Below, piece by piece: positions 26,480-40,240 of a stretch of 64,000 nt of DNA (position 1 is its first letter; each line of letters starts with the position of its first letter). Source of the stretch: the human T2T-CHM13v2.0 reference genome, Homo sapiens. Made by a program: the position numbers and the translations under genes. Under the pieces are notes generated by a model, which saw only the letters and a program-made list of their open reading frames with translations, did no database searches and was not told where the DNA came from. Location of the stretch: assembly GCF_009914755.1 (NCBI RefSeq), contig NC_060939.1. The stretch is one strand, 5' to 3'.

Positions 26480-26925
26480 ACTAGGCATGTGACTCAGACT
26501 GCACCAACCGTGGAACCCCATCCTCCAGCAACAGTGATTGGTCCAAGGGGTGGGCACATAACCTAAGCAGGACCAATCAGATTCTTTCCCTGGGATTGAT
26601 ATGTGGATGCTGGGAGGAAGAACCCCTCTTCCTAGTGGGGTGCAAAACTGGATGTTATGGTCCAAACCTGCTGACAAGCCATTTTTCCCACTCAATCTAG
26701 GAAGCTGAGCAAGGCAGCAGAGAGGAGAGGAATTTAGAGAGCATGCTAGCAGCATTGAGTCCCAGTTTTTGTTCTCATGGCCTTCACTCCTGCAGTTCTT
26801 CTTTCAGTCTGGAGAGCTGCAACAACATCCTACTCATCTCTAAGAGCTGATAAATTCCTCATATTGCTCCAGTTCGTTTGGTGGGGTCTCTGTCTCGTGT
26901 AACCAACTGGAGCCTGACAGATGCA
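26480..26925 (+). mobile_element. Old MLT1 (MaLR) LTR remnant
   Basis: Motifs gggcacataacctaagcaggaccaatcagattctttccctggga and ataaattcctc...tttggtggggtctctgtctcgtgtaacc. Confidence 0.55.
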
Positions 26926-28356
26926 CTCAGGAAATACTAAATGAGCTGACTAAATGATTGACTGAGTAATTGGGTTCCCAGATGGGGTAAGATGTCTCCA
27001 AATCCTGAAGCCAGAGGGTTGGGACCTGCTGCCCTGTGGCCATGGAGGGGAAGTGGGGGCATTTGGGAGATTATTGCAACAGGCCAACTTGGATTTGGGC
27101 CCCAGCTTTGTCATTTGCTAGCTGTGTGATCTCAGGCAAGTTACTTGCCCTCTCTGAACTTGAGATCCTTTGTCTATAAAATAGGCAAAGTACTAGTGAC
27201 TGCCTAGGGTTGCTTTGAGGATGGAATGAGATAAGGAGCAAAAAGCACCAAGCACAGTGCCTGGGGTGTGGGGGTGAGGGAGCAGGAGTTGGAAGAATGG
27301 TAAGAAATGGTAACTGTTTTTATTTAGTCTGCAGTCTACTCTCTCTAATAGCGCAGGACTGAGACTGGCATGCAGCTCAGGAGAGAACGAGGATTCAGTC
27401 TGCAAGCTAGATTCTCAGAAGCAATGGATCCTGACACCAGGGAAGCAGTGCCGGGGTGACAGTGGGCATGTTTGGGCTTCGAACAGATAATAGAGACAGT
27501 AGAGAGAGTCTACAGAGAGAAATGGAAGCACTGCCTAACACTTAGGCAGTAGAGTTGGAATGATAGGGCACCAATGCCAGCTTTTCCATTAACCATGTGA
27601 CTCATTTAATCTTCCCAAGCCTAAGTTTCTCGTTCTGTAAATACCTTCCTGGTAGCTGTCTTGAGGACTAAATAAAACAGTTCATGTATCATGTTCAGCA
27701 CAGGGCTTAGTAGGCGTTTGATAAGTATTACCTATTATTATTGATATTGGGGGCTTAGGGAAATTTTCTAAACACAAAGGTTGGGATGAGTGGCAGTCAG
27801 GTGGGATCAGAGGCAAACTTTTCATGACAAAGTCCCCAAATAAAGGAGTTATAGAGAATCATATCTGAATAGCCAAGGAAAGGCCATTTCAGAATGACAG
27901 GGTGACATATCTCCTTCTGTGGCTGGACAGTGTCGGGTTCACACTGGGAAAGCCATGTCTGAGGACATTTCTGTCATCTTGCTGCCCACAATAATCTCCC
28001 CAGCTGAGTCAAGTTTCTCAAGAGTTTTCTACACTGACTCCTTCCACTTCCTCACTTCCCACTCACTCCTCAAACCTTGTAACCCGCGCCTGCTGGCACT
28101 GCATTGCTGGAATAACCCTCACTGTGCAGGACATTATCCTTGCTAAGACCAGCAGACACTTTTCTTCCCCTATCCAAGGCAGCGACCTTGGGGGACCTGA
28201 CCCTGCTGAGCTTGTCTTACTTCCGGGTCCCCTGTCCTGTGTGGCCTCATGTCTCCTTTCTCTACTGATTCCCTTCCTGCCTCTCTGGCTGCTGCTTCTC
28301 AGTTGGCTTCAGGTGTTCATCTTCTTTCTCTGGCCCCTTAAAAGTTAAGTCCTCAG

Positions 28357-28729
<373 letters not shown>

Positions 28730-30788
28730 TCACACTCCCAAAAAGTTTTTGACTTCCAATTCACTGTCTCCAGAGGAGACCTTTCCAAAGCTTCAGATCA
28801 TATTGCCACTTGCCTACTGGACAGTTCATGAGGTTGTCTTGCAGGCACCTAAAACTCAACATGCCCAAGTTGGAACCCATTACCTTTCCTCCAAATGTAT
28901 CCCCTTTTGTCTTCCTAATTTCAGAGAATGTCAATGCCCTCTACTCCTCCATGCACGCCACAAACTTGTGATCGCACTAGAGTCAGAGCCAGAGTTAGAG
29001 CCACCCTAGAGCCAGAGCTCTTCCACATTTCTTCAGTTACTAAGTCCTGTTGCTTCCACCCACTTTATCTCCCTGTCGATAACCAGGCTCTTGATTGCAC
29101 CCATGAGCCCCTGTATTAGCCAGCAGCCTCCTGATGGATCTGCTAATCTTCACACTTACCCTATGAAGTCTGCTGTTGCTGTTGCTGGTACCAGCCTTCT
29201 GATCTACCCACTTATGACCATCCACAGCTCCCTGTCTCTATGAGGAAGTCCGGTCTCCCTAGTTTGGCGTCCACATCTTTCCAGGAGCCTGCCCTTGTCT
29301 AGCTCTCCAACCTCATCTCTATTGCCTCTTGCTCTCTGTGCCTCTGCCAGGCTGAGCTGCTTTCAGCTTTTTCCTCACCACCACCTTATACCTGCCCTCC
29401 TCTTTGCCTGGAATGCTCCTCTCCTCTCTCTTCTCGAGACCAACCCCCAGACCCTCCTGAAATATTCTTCCAGTGTGCAAGGTCCCTCCTCTGCACCACC
29501 CCAGAGCCCTCGTCCACCGCAAGTACAGTGTCTGCCACACTTCCTTGCCATTGTGAATCCAGCTCTCTTCCACAGACCACATGCTGCTGGAGAGCACCTC
29601 CATGCCCTTGACATCCAGTAGAGCCAGTCAAAGTCAGTTCTCAAGGCATGTTTTGTAAATATTGAGTGACTCTCTCAAATAATTATTTATTTTGCATCTT
29701 TGTTAAACACACTATTTTAAAGATGACCCTAAGGTGGAAAAAACTGGAAGGAAGGGGCATGGCACATAACTCAGGGGTCCCCCCAACATGTACCCTGAAC
29801 CTTAATGGCCTTCCCCAGAACTCTAACACTCAGACATCACTTTCCCCAGGAAAGACCTGTATGCAAAGCCCTGCTGTGTGACTTAGACCAAGCATATGCC
29901 CTCTCTGTGCCTCTACTTCCTCTTCTGAAAATGGGATGTTGGGGTATTACAGGAAGATGATATTTTGCAGAGTACTTTCAAAGAATCTTCAGTTAGCTTG
30001 CCACGGCATGGAAAAAGTATGCTGTTATCATTTCTGCCTGCCTTCTGGGGAATTTAGGCTGCCCATTACCCTACTCCCCATTCTCTTATCCTTAAATCTC
30101 TCTCTCTCACTTACTCTCTCTCTCTGTCTCTCCTGGTTCCTTCCCATCAGCATTTAAACTGGCTCTCTAAATTCTTTCATCTTACAAGTAAGATCCCACT
30201 TCCCTCTCCAAGTACTGTCTCGTCTTTCCTCTTTCCACAGCCAAACTCACGCCAAGAGTTGTCCCCATTCCCTGCCTCTCCTTCCCTGGCTCTCACTCAT
30301 CCCTCTTCCTTGCAATCTGGCATCCGCCTCCACCACTCCCCTGAAAAGCCTTTAAATGCTAAACACACCCGTGACCTCTAAGATGCTCAATCCACAGGAC
30401 ACGTTTGAGCCCTGATCTGACTTGTCTTCTCACTGCATTTGGACATTCAGCCGCCTGTCCTCTCTCGGCATCAGGGATTTCCAGCCTTCCTGGATTTCTG
30501 CAGGCTGCATGTTCATGGCTGGCTCTCAGCTTCCTCTGCCCACTTTCCACACTGCCCAACTTTGGATGCTGGAGTTGCTCAAGGCTCAGTTCTGGGTCCT
30601 TTGCTTTCTCATGTCTCTCTCTGCCTCCTCAGTTGTATATCCTTCTCTGCTGATTGCAGTTACTACCAATATGGCCACGAATCCCAAATCCACATCTCCA
30701 GCCCAGATTCTCCAATTCCAGACTCATGGATCCATCTTCATGTCTTCCGAGAAGCTCAGATTCAAAACTGACCTCAGGATAAACTCTT

Positions 30789-31127
30789 TGCTATGGTCTA
30801 AATGTGGTGTCTCTCAAATATTCATGTGTTGGAACCTAATCCCCAGTGTAATAGTATTAAGAGATGGGGCCTTTGGGAAGTGATTAAATCATGAGGGCTC
30901 CACCTTCACAAATGGGATTAGTGCCCTTGGGAGCTGGCTTGCCCCTTTCACCACGTGAGGATGGAGAAGGTACCATCTCTGGCGAGCAGGCCCTCACCAG
31001 ACACTGAATCTGCTGGCATCTTGATCTTGGATTTCCAGCCTCCAGAACTGTGAGCAATGAATTTCTTTTGTTTATAAATTACCCAGGCTAAGGTATTTTG
31101 TTGTAGCAACAGAAATGGACTAAGACA
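30789..31127 (+). mobile_element. MLT1A-type MaLR solo LTR
   Basis: Runs tgctatggtctaaatg...ggactaagaca; 5-bp TSD ctctt on both sides. Confidence 0.88.
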
Positions 31128-32391
31128 CTCTTCTTCCCCATGTTCCCTACCTCAGCCACTCTTACCAGAACTCTGTGAGTCTTCCTTTATATCTTCCTCC
31201 CCTCTCTCCTGCCTGCCTCAAATCCGCCTCCATTTGCTCATTCTCCTCCTGAAGATCCCTCCTGTCTCAATTCTCTGCTGCTACCACCTTTGTCTGAGCA
31301 CCTGCATCTCAACCAGACAGTGAAACCCCCAGACCCCACCATGTGCTCTCTGGTCCTCTTCCATATATTCTTCTCATAGGAGCACAGTATTCTTAAAAAA
31401 CTTGGAGTGTGACAGTCTAACATATCATTCTCCTGCTCCAAACCTCTCACGATTTCACATCTTCCAAGCCCCAAATTCTCACCACGTTCACAAGGCCCTG
31501 AGGTCTGGCTCCCGTGGCTCTCTCCTGTGCCCCTCTTTCCTCACTTTCATTGCTCTCTGCCCTTCAGTCACTCCAGCCTGCCTTCATTGCCTTGGATGTG
31601 CACATTTTTTGCCTCTTGACTCTTTTTTTTTTTTTCACATGCTGTTTCCTCTGCCTGGGGCACTCTTGCTGCTTCTTCACCTAGCTAACTTCCACTCACC
31701 CTGGAAGACTTGACTTAAATTTCAAGCCTCCAGAAAGCCATCCCCCAGGGGGATGTCCTCCTTCCCATTATTTGTCACAGCATAACACTTACATTTCCTG
31801 CTAGAATGTATATCCCTTGAAGTGACTACAATATGAAGTGACTGCAATACACTTGCTCAATGAATACAACTGATGGAGTTCAGGGTAGTTAAACAACTTG
31901 CTTGAGGTCGCACAGCTCATTAGCAGCAGGTCTCATCTTAAACCCTTTTAGACTATTTTTCATGCCTCTGCCATGGGGCACCACCACACACAAATTCTTA
32001 TCAAAACAGTAACCACACTTTATTGTAGCTGTGTGTTCAATGGCCCGTCTTCCCCACTAAGCAGTAAGCTTCTAAAGCAGAGGCCATGCTGTCTTGTTTA
32101 TTCTTGTGTCCCTCACTTTTAGCTATGCGTCTGGAGTGTTCTGGGGATGGAGAACTATGAATGCTTGTTGATGGACTCTCTGGTGATGAGTCCCCCAGAT
32201 TTGTTTCCAGGTCTGACTTCCTACCAAGCACCAATCTTATTCATTAGCCCAGCTATGGATTGTGTTTCCTTTGAATTTTCATTCAAAGTTAACTCTTTGG
32301 AAGTAACTTTTATTAAAAAAAGAACAAATCAGTGAATAATGGAGGGAAGCACACAGGAAATAAGACAAAAAGCGTAAAACACAAGATGCTA

Positions 32392-32729
<338 letters not shown>

Positions 32730-32957
32730 AATCTGTGCCAAGTTATCCACAAGTCACTGTCCCCCACCCAATTCTGCCCTTTTGGTTCTTGAGCCAATCT
32801 CCCACCTCCGACTCCCAACCCTCCTACCCCATTCTCTGAGCTCAGTCCTGGTTAGGTGATACTTCCTACTCTTTGGAAGGCTTCTTTGGGCAAACTCACT
32901 TCCTATTCATGCCCTAGTTGGCAAATCTGGGAAAATACTTCTAAAAGGCTTGGGGTC

Positions 32958-33310
32958 TGTCTTAGTCTGTTTTGTGTTGCTGTAACAGAATACCACAGAC
33001 TGGATAATTTATTTTAAAAAGAAACTTATTTTTCACAGTTCTGGAGGATGGTAAGTCCAATACCAGGGTGCCAGTATCTCTTGAGGCCCTCTTGCTGCGT
33101 CATCCCATACTGGAAAGCAAGAGGTTGAAAGAGGCCAAGAGAGATTGAACTTGAAGCCTCAAGCCCTTATATAATAAGCATGAATCCATTTATGAGGGCA
33201 GAGCACTCATGACCTAAACACCTCCCATTAGGCCCCATTTCCCAACACTATTGCACTGGGGACTAAATTTCCAAGACATGCTTTTTGGGGGACACATGTA
33301 AACCATAGCA
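32958..33310 (-). mobile_element. MST/MLT1A-type MaLR solo LTR
   Basis: Runs tgtcttagtctgttttgtgttgct...gggggacacatgtaaaccatagca. Confidence 0.82.
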
Positions 33311-34799
33311 CATCAATGATGGGGAAACAAAGGCCCAGTGAGAGTTAGAAATGAACAATGGAGTTCTGTGTTTATCCCACAGACATGGGTTATGCTAGTG
33401 CTGGCTGAGCCTGTCTGCACTTTCCCCCAGAGAGCTATGTGACCTTGACTGGGCTATTTACACCCCTCTGGATATGGAAGGAGAGGAGCAGAGGGCTCGA
33501 GGCTGGACTGCTGGGGAGTGAGGGTGGTGGCGGCTGAACTGACTGGGAAGGAAGCTGGCAAGACTGAGGCTGAACTCAGGAGGAAGGGCGGGACAAGGGG
33601 GCCAAGGCTGGACAAGAACAGCAGGTTCTTGTCAAACACACAGTTTAATTCTGAGGCTGTATTCCTTGTGCCTGGGAGATTTTCAGCTTGCAATAGTGTC
33701 ATTTACAGATGGATTTGCAGCGGCGAATTACAAGTTTGTAAGCAACAGCTTCTCTGACGCCTTGAAGAAAAAAAAGCCTTATCCCTCTGCAAATTATAAA
33801 TTCATAACTAACAGTGTTATCCAACTGAATGCAAAACAAATTCATTACCAACTACATTATTCCATTGAATACCAAGTGAATGAACTTCACAGGGCTTTGT
33901 GCAGATCGGGGACATGTTGGGAGATGGGAACGAAACAGCACTCCCCCACTTGCCTCTCCTTTGTGTCCTTTCAGGCCCAGAAGGTGGGCAGAACTGGACA
34001 GATGTACACTGCTTGAATTAAAAGGTCACTCGAAGTTATGATGGCGATGGTGGCGATGGTGATGATGATGGTGCTGGTGGTGTACCAAAACCAATGACCA
34101 CACTGCGATTGTGTGTGTACCTCTTATATGATTATTAGGATTGCTGTGGTGACATCTTAAGACACTATCTTGTGAAGGCTTACATGCCTAAGTCCCTGTG
34201 ACTCGCAGGACACCCCTGAAAAGGGGGATCACCTCCTGTCGTTCACCATGCAGGAAGATGTGGGTCCTCTGAGCTTCTCATCAGAGTGAGAAGATGGGGC
34301 TAAATTTAGGCATTCGAGCAGGGATTCCCTGTGTCTCCTCAGGACGTTGCTCTCTTGGGATCAGGCTTCAAAGTGCTGAGACATCTAGATAGAAGCTTCT
34401 GGGTGCTGGGTATCAAGACAGTGCCCACAGTGTGCAAACAGCCTGGGGTCTATGGGAGAGGACATAGGCCACATTTTGTAACCCAGATTCTTCACTTCCC
34501 TCTGACTTTATGATGTATTCCCCATTTGTGGTCCCTGATATTTACTATTTTTCTTTTCTGTCTCTTTTAGAAAATTAGAAGATACAAATAAAACTAACAA
34601 ATATATAAGTCATCCCTAATTTTTTTTCCACCAGAAAGAACCACTTTGGGGTGGATCAGACCTGAAACTTGGCCCCTTTTCCAATTCTCACAGAAAAATC
34701 CTTCATTCAGAAACTCTGAGCATTCAGTAGACTTGACTGAAAATTTGATATGGGGGAAAAGAAGAAATGGTTCATACTGTAGCCACACAAACAACTTTA

Positions 34800-34939
34800 A
34801 TTATTTATTTATATTTTTTGTAGAGACGGGGGTCTCATTATGTTTCCCAGGCTAGTCTTGAACTCTTTGTCTAAAGCAATCCTCCCTCCTCGGCCTCCCA
34901 AAGTGGTGAGATTACAGGCGTGAGCTCTGGGGCCCGGCC
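34800..34939 (-). mobile_element. Alu monomer (FLAM/AluJ left arm)
   Basis: Single arm ttttgtagagacggg...gattacaggcgtgagc...cccggcc. Confidence 0.85.
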
Positions 34940-35904
34940 ACAAAAGCAACTTTGGAGAAAGAGCAATGATCTGGGAAATTAAAAGGCCTTCCCCCACTCC
35001 CCACCTCACTAGGCATTTTTCTTGGCATCTGCACCATCTCCTCCATGCTAACTTCTTTGGCTCTCCCTTCTCCTCTGATCATCTCACCTTTCTCTGCCAT
35101 CTTCCTCAGGAGCAAAAGGAATTCCTCTCCTTGTCTCATGCTGAGTGGTTTGCAATCACTGTATGTCTAGATAGTTTACCAAAGTTTTTTTTTTTTCCCA
35201 AAGACAGTTTTCCATCTAAGAAGAATTTTGATGCCAGGTGTGAAAATATTTTCATCTTGTTTCGTGAAGACATTACACTTTTAGAACTAGAGGATAATTT
35301 TATAAATGCTGATATGAAACCTGCTTTTGCTTATAACAATATAGAGTCAGCATATTTTTATGTCAATAGGCAAATCTATATTTTCTGTTTTAATGGCTGC
35401 ATATTAATCCATATAGTTTCTTTAAACAATCTCTTTTTTTGCTATACATTTAGGCTGTTTCCAATGATTGTTATTATAACATCCACACATCATCTTTGCA
35501 AATTTATCTAATTATTGCCTTATGATAACTTCTTAGAAGTAAGATTTCTGAGAATGCACTTTTCAAAGATTTTTCTTGTATTGTTCAGCTACTCTTCAGG
35601 AAGTTCGTGCCAGTTTATACTCTCATCAGTTGTTTAATATTATTGTCCCACTTACTATGAATGCTCTAGCTCTATCTCAGCTGTGCCTTGAGGTGTTAAA
35701 GAAAGAGCTCCTAGGGCCAGTTTGGTGGCAACAGTAGCCAATTAGTGTGAGATTATCCAAAGGATACAGAATCCCAGGGAGCAAGAATGGGGGCCGTGAG
35801 GTCCAGCTGTTTCACTTTATGTAGGTTCTTTTATGGCCTCTCTTGAAGGATTTGAAATTGATTGCTTGATTGATTTTATGAAGGAACACATTATTTCCCT
35901 CCAA

Positions 35905-36465
35905 ATGATGGTGGTGGCGATGAGTGCATGGTCATGATGATACCAATGTGTGGTCATGACAGTGTGATATTGATGAGGGTATGGACAATGGTAGTAACAG
36001 GTTAACAGTGGTTCTGACGGTGAGTGCAGTGCCAATGATGGAGATGGTGGTGGTGCTGGTGTTGACAATAGGATGGCAGTTATGGTGGTGGTAGTGGTGA
36101 CAATGTTGGTGGTGATGACTTATGATGGTGGTAAGAATGGTGATGGTAACTGTGGTGGTAATAGTGAGTTCAGCACTGATAAGGGAGATGGTGGTGGTGG
36201 TACTGACAGTAGGGTGGTAGGAATGGTGGTTGTGGTCACAGCTATGTTGTGATGGTGGTTAAGAAGGTGGTGAGAATGGTGTTGACAGTTGGTGATGGTA
36301 GAAATGGTGGTGTGGCATTGACTGTGGGATGGTGGTGACAATGGTGAGAAGATGTGACAGTGGTGAGGGGCAGCGTGATAGAAGGGGGATGGTGGTGGTT
36401 CACGATAGTGGTGAGTGGAGTTGGTGCTGGTGGGAAGCCTGGTGCTGATGGTAGTGCTGGGGTGT
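35905..36465. repeat. Degenerate (GGT/GAT)n low-complexity tract
   Basis: About 560 bp of tggtggtgatg-type triplets, which generate the spurious His/Thr/Pro-rich ORFs on the minus strand. Confidence 0.85.
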
Positions 36466-38181
36466 TGTGGAAACAGAAAGGTGAAAGTGCATAGATGATG
36501 GTGAAGGAATGCAATACAGGATTAAAATAGATACAAAGGGAGAGAGAGGTTGTCTTAGGAATGTGAATAAAGGAAGCAGCATATTCTAGACCTAGAACAG
36601 TGAGGAGACCCACTGGCCAGAGGGGATGGTGGGGGAGACGTGCAGCAGGAGTGGGTGCTGGGAAGAGTCCTGGAAGTAGTGAGAAGAATGTGGACTCCAG
36701 GAGGGCAGCACGGGGAGGCATTCTGGGTCCTGGGAGGGATAGGTCAGAGCCGATTGGCCTGCTAGAGAAGAAAAGTGGATGAGGAGCCAGCTGTTGGCCC
36801 TCATGCTGGCCTCAAATGGAGGCAGAAGGTAGGCTAGGCCCTCTCCAGTGCAGGCAAGTGTCCCAGGCATGCTGGCAGCATGGAGGAAGCGGGTGTGAAG
36901 GGCCTTCAGTAGCTGAGCCAACCTTAGAATGCATGGGCATGGGGAGAGGTAAAATACCCTGTGCTCTTGTACCAGCTGTACCTGGCAGCTCCTACTCTCA
37001 CCTTTGCTTGAGAGGGAGAAGGGTCTGAAGCAGGGACCCAGAGCTCCAGCTCCCTTCTCTCCCCCGGCTCCCTGCCTCTCAACAGCTCCCTGAATCTCCA
37101 GTAGGCAGTTTTTGTTCACTAGAATTGCCTGGATTCAGAGCTCCTTCCCCACCTTTCCAGGTATAGCATGAAGCTGTTTGGTGTGTATACAAAGCTGCAG
37201 GATTCACTCTTCCGGGGCACAGATGCCTGAGAAACTTCAGAGAGGCAGAAGGCGTGAGTCTGAGCAGCCATCATCTGGGCATCAAGGGGTTAACCCATCC
37301 CTGAGGGCTGGGCCAGGTCTTTTCCTCAGACTGGGCCCCGCCCTCCGGTTCCTCCATAGAAGCCACTGGAGTCAACTAGGAGCTCACTTTGTGGGAGGGA
37401 GAAACGTTTTTTTCTCTTATTTGAATGGTGCTGGTGACCTCACAAGGTTTCCATGGTGACAAGACCAAGGGAGCCAGGGGGCCTTGGTGAATTAGGCCAA
37501 ACAAACCCACCTCCAAGAGTCTTCTCCCAGACTCCAGCCTTGAGGATGAGGACTCCAGGTAATCAGTGAGCTTGCTGAAGAGGGAAGGTTGGGGGCTGGG
37601 GACATGCCAGGCCAGGACCTGCAACAGAAACCGCCGCCCCACCTTTCCTTTCTGTGCCCCACCCCATCCTGCCTAAAAAGTTGCTTTCCATGAGGGCTTG
37701 GTGCTGAGTGTGGCCCCCACAGGGATGTCTGTGTGGTCACAGAGTACCTGTGGGAGGGCAATTCTGACCCCAAGGTAGGAAGCAGTGATCCGGTAATTCC
37801 AGGCACCAAGGCAGATAAAAAGACCAAGGTAGGTGAACAGCAGAGTAGAGGCCTGGGTGTGAAAGGAGAAAGCCATGAGCATCTGGTTGGGAGTGGGAGC
37901 CCTGCTCTCTGAAGCTTGACTTTCTCAGGAGCAGCTGGGGGCTGGAGCTTGGGAACACAGGATCATGGGATCCAAGTGACCAGGGTTTGAAACCAGGCAT
38001 AAATAATGCCTGCACTCTATGGTTGTGGCCTACATGGGACATCACAGGGAAAGCACCGAGTAGGTGCTCAATATGTGTTTGTTTCCTCCCTCCTTCCCTT
38101 CCTCTCCTCTCCACCACTCAACAGCCACAGCCTCCTCAAGAAGTTTGAAGTCTGCATTGAACTCATTAATTTCCAGCTTTT

Positions 38182-38477
38182 GGCCGGGCGTGGTGGCTCA
38201 TGACTATAATTCCAGCACTTTAGGAGGCCAAGGTGGGCGGATCACCTGAGGTCAGGAGTTTGTGACCAGCCTCACCTACATGGTAAAGCCTCGTCTCTAT
38301 AAAAATACAAAAATTAGGCGGGCATGGTGGTGGCCACCTGTTATCCCAGATTCTTGGGAGGCTGAGGCATGAGAATTGCTTGAACTTGGGAGGTGGATGT
38401 TGCAGTGAGTGGAGAACATGCCACTGTGCTCCAGCCAGGGCAACAGAGCGAGACTCCGTCTCAAAAAGAAAAAAAAA
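38182..38477 (+). mobile_element. Alu (AluS)
   Basis: Alu body with TSD ttccagcttt. Confidence 0.92.
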
Positions 38478-38732
38478 TTCCAGCTTTCAATTATTTGATC
38501 CTCACATAATTCAATGTCTAAAATATTGTACTCCTACATATTGTCCTAAAATTCTACCATGGAAGCTCCAACCATTGCTTTGCATGAAATCTCCTTGTAA
38601 ATGGCAACATCTTATCTGGAAGTAATTGTCTTTTCCCTGGACAGGGGCAGTTGTATGAGTGGGTGGGGAGCAAATGGGGTGGGGTGGGGTGGGAGGGTAG
38701 ACGGGGGGAATGAGTGATGTCTTGTTTGTTTG

Positions 38733-38841
38733 ATTTTTGTTTTTTCTTTTTCTTTTTCTTTTTCTTTCTTCTCTTCTCTTCTCTCCTTTCCTCTTCTCTC
38801 CTCTCCTCTCCTCCTCTCTTCTCTTCTTCTCTTTTCTTCTC
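38733..38841. repeat. Polypyrimidine (CTT/CTCTT)n tract
   Basis: About 110 nt, almost purely C/T. Confidence 0.9.
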
Positions 38842-39739
38842 ATGCAGATGGGGCCCATGAGTGAGGAGGACAAGAGAGAAAGGAGAAGTTTGGGTGTAAA
38901 TCCCAGAGATTGTTCATCATGTGAGAGGAGCCGTGCATGCATTTCATGCCATACTCACACCATGGATGGAGAAAAAAAATCAAGCTTCACTTTCTGAGAA
39001 TGGCCCTGGGGGCACTGCATCTAGTGCCTGTGCATCTGCAGACCTGCCGGATGCCTCCAGGGGAATCATGCCACCCCAAGCAAGAAAGGGCCCAGTTGCC
39101 AGGAGCCTGGAGGCAGAGAGCTGAGGAGCCAGCCCCTGACATCAGAATGGAGCTCAAAGGTTGGCTGGGTGTGACTCTGCTGTGGACAGCTTCTCTTGGG
39201 AAATCTACTTTAATGAATCCAGGGGACCAATTTGTAATCAGCCCATCAGATGTTCAGCGACACTTAGCTGGAATCTCGTTGCTGGACTCTGTGCCCCGCA
39301 GTGGATGACAGTTCTCCATCAGGGTCTGCAGTCCTCTACCCTGGACTTGCTGCATCCTGGAGCCCCCAGCAGTCAGGTACCGGCTCTCAGAACTGCCTGC
39401 ATCCCATTGGCCTGAGCTGCTGTCTGCCAGGGCTGCTGGTAACCAGGCCCACAGGGTTGGATATTCCCCCAACAGGGCAGCTCCCAGTCCAAGCCCAACT
39501 GTTACCAGCCCAGAAAGATGTTTCAGGATACCCCTTTCCTCCCCACTTCCCTGCCCTCTGCAGCTCCAGCTGGTGCACCCCATCTTTCTCTCCCCCTCCC
39601 TGCTAGGCTGGGCCCTAACAGGAGACCTTTGAGGTGGTTGGGCTTGTTCTGCAACCTTGAGTACCCTTGAGCTACTGCCTCACTCCTCAGTTTTCTTCTT
39701 CTTAAGGTTTCTAATTGGACTTTGCCAGTGTATTTATTT

Positions 39740-40240
39740 CAAAACTGGTCATCTTACTGACCTCGCTCATAGTCTCTTATTACTTTTCTAGTTGATTCTC
39801 TTGAGTTTTCTGGATAAACAATAATATCATGTACAAATAATGATGACAATTTCTCCTCCTTTCCAAATGTTGTGTTTCCTTTTGTGTATTAATGTACTCT
39901 TGCCTTGGCTAAAACTTCCAAAACAATGTAGAATAATTGTGTTAATAGCAGGCTTTCTCATTCTACCCTGACTAAAATATGAATGACCCTGGCTAGGTGT
40001 TTTATTGCTAAGAATGATGTTGACGGTTGGTTGCAGATAGGTTTTTTTTATTATTATTATGCCAAGGAAATGTTCTTTTATTTTTATTTTACTAAGGGTT
40101 TTCAGCAGAATGGATATTCAGTTCTGTCAAATGAGTTTTTGATGTCAGTTAAGATGATCACAAAACTATTTCCTTTCTGGTAATTGACATGATTAATTAT
40201 AGGGGTGGATTTTCTGATATGTAAACGTCATCACTTCTAA
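39740..40240 (-). mobile_element. Old L1 (L1M) fragment
   Basis: Contains ttgattctcttgagttttct...aataatatcat...aaaacttccaaaacaatgtagaata...gagttttt...gatgatca, which is antisense L1 ORF2-like. Confidence 0.7.

Noticed and set aside
31818-31849. 16-bp tandem duplication tgaagtgact(a/g)caata
   Set aside because: It is an ordinary slippage duplication at the end of an L2 fragment.
34966-35511. 181-aa + strand ORF
   Set aside because: It has no recognisable domain and runs into AT-rich degraded L1-like sequence.
35817-36721. His/Thr/Pro-rich mucin-like ORFs
   Set aside because: They are translations of the (GGT/GAT)n low-complexity tract.
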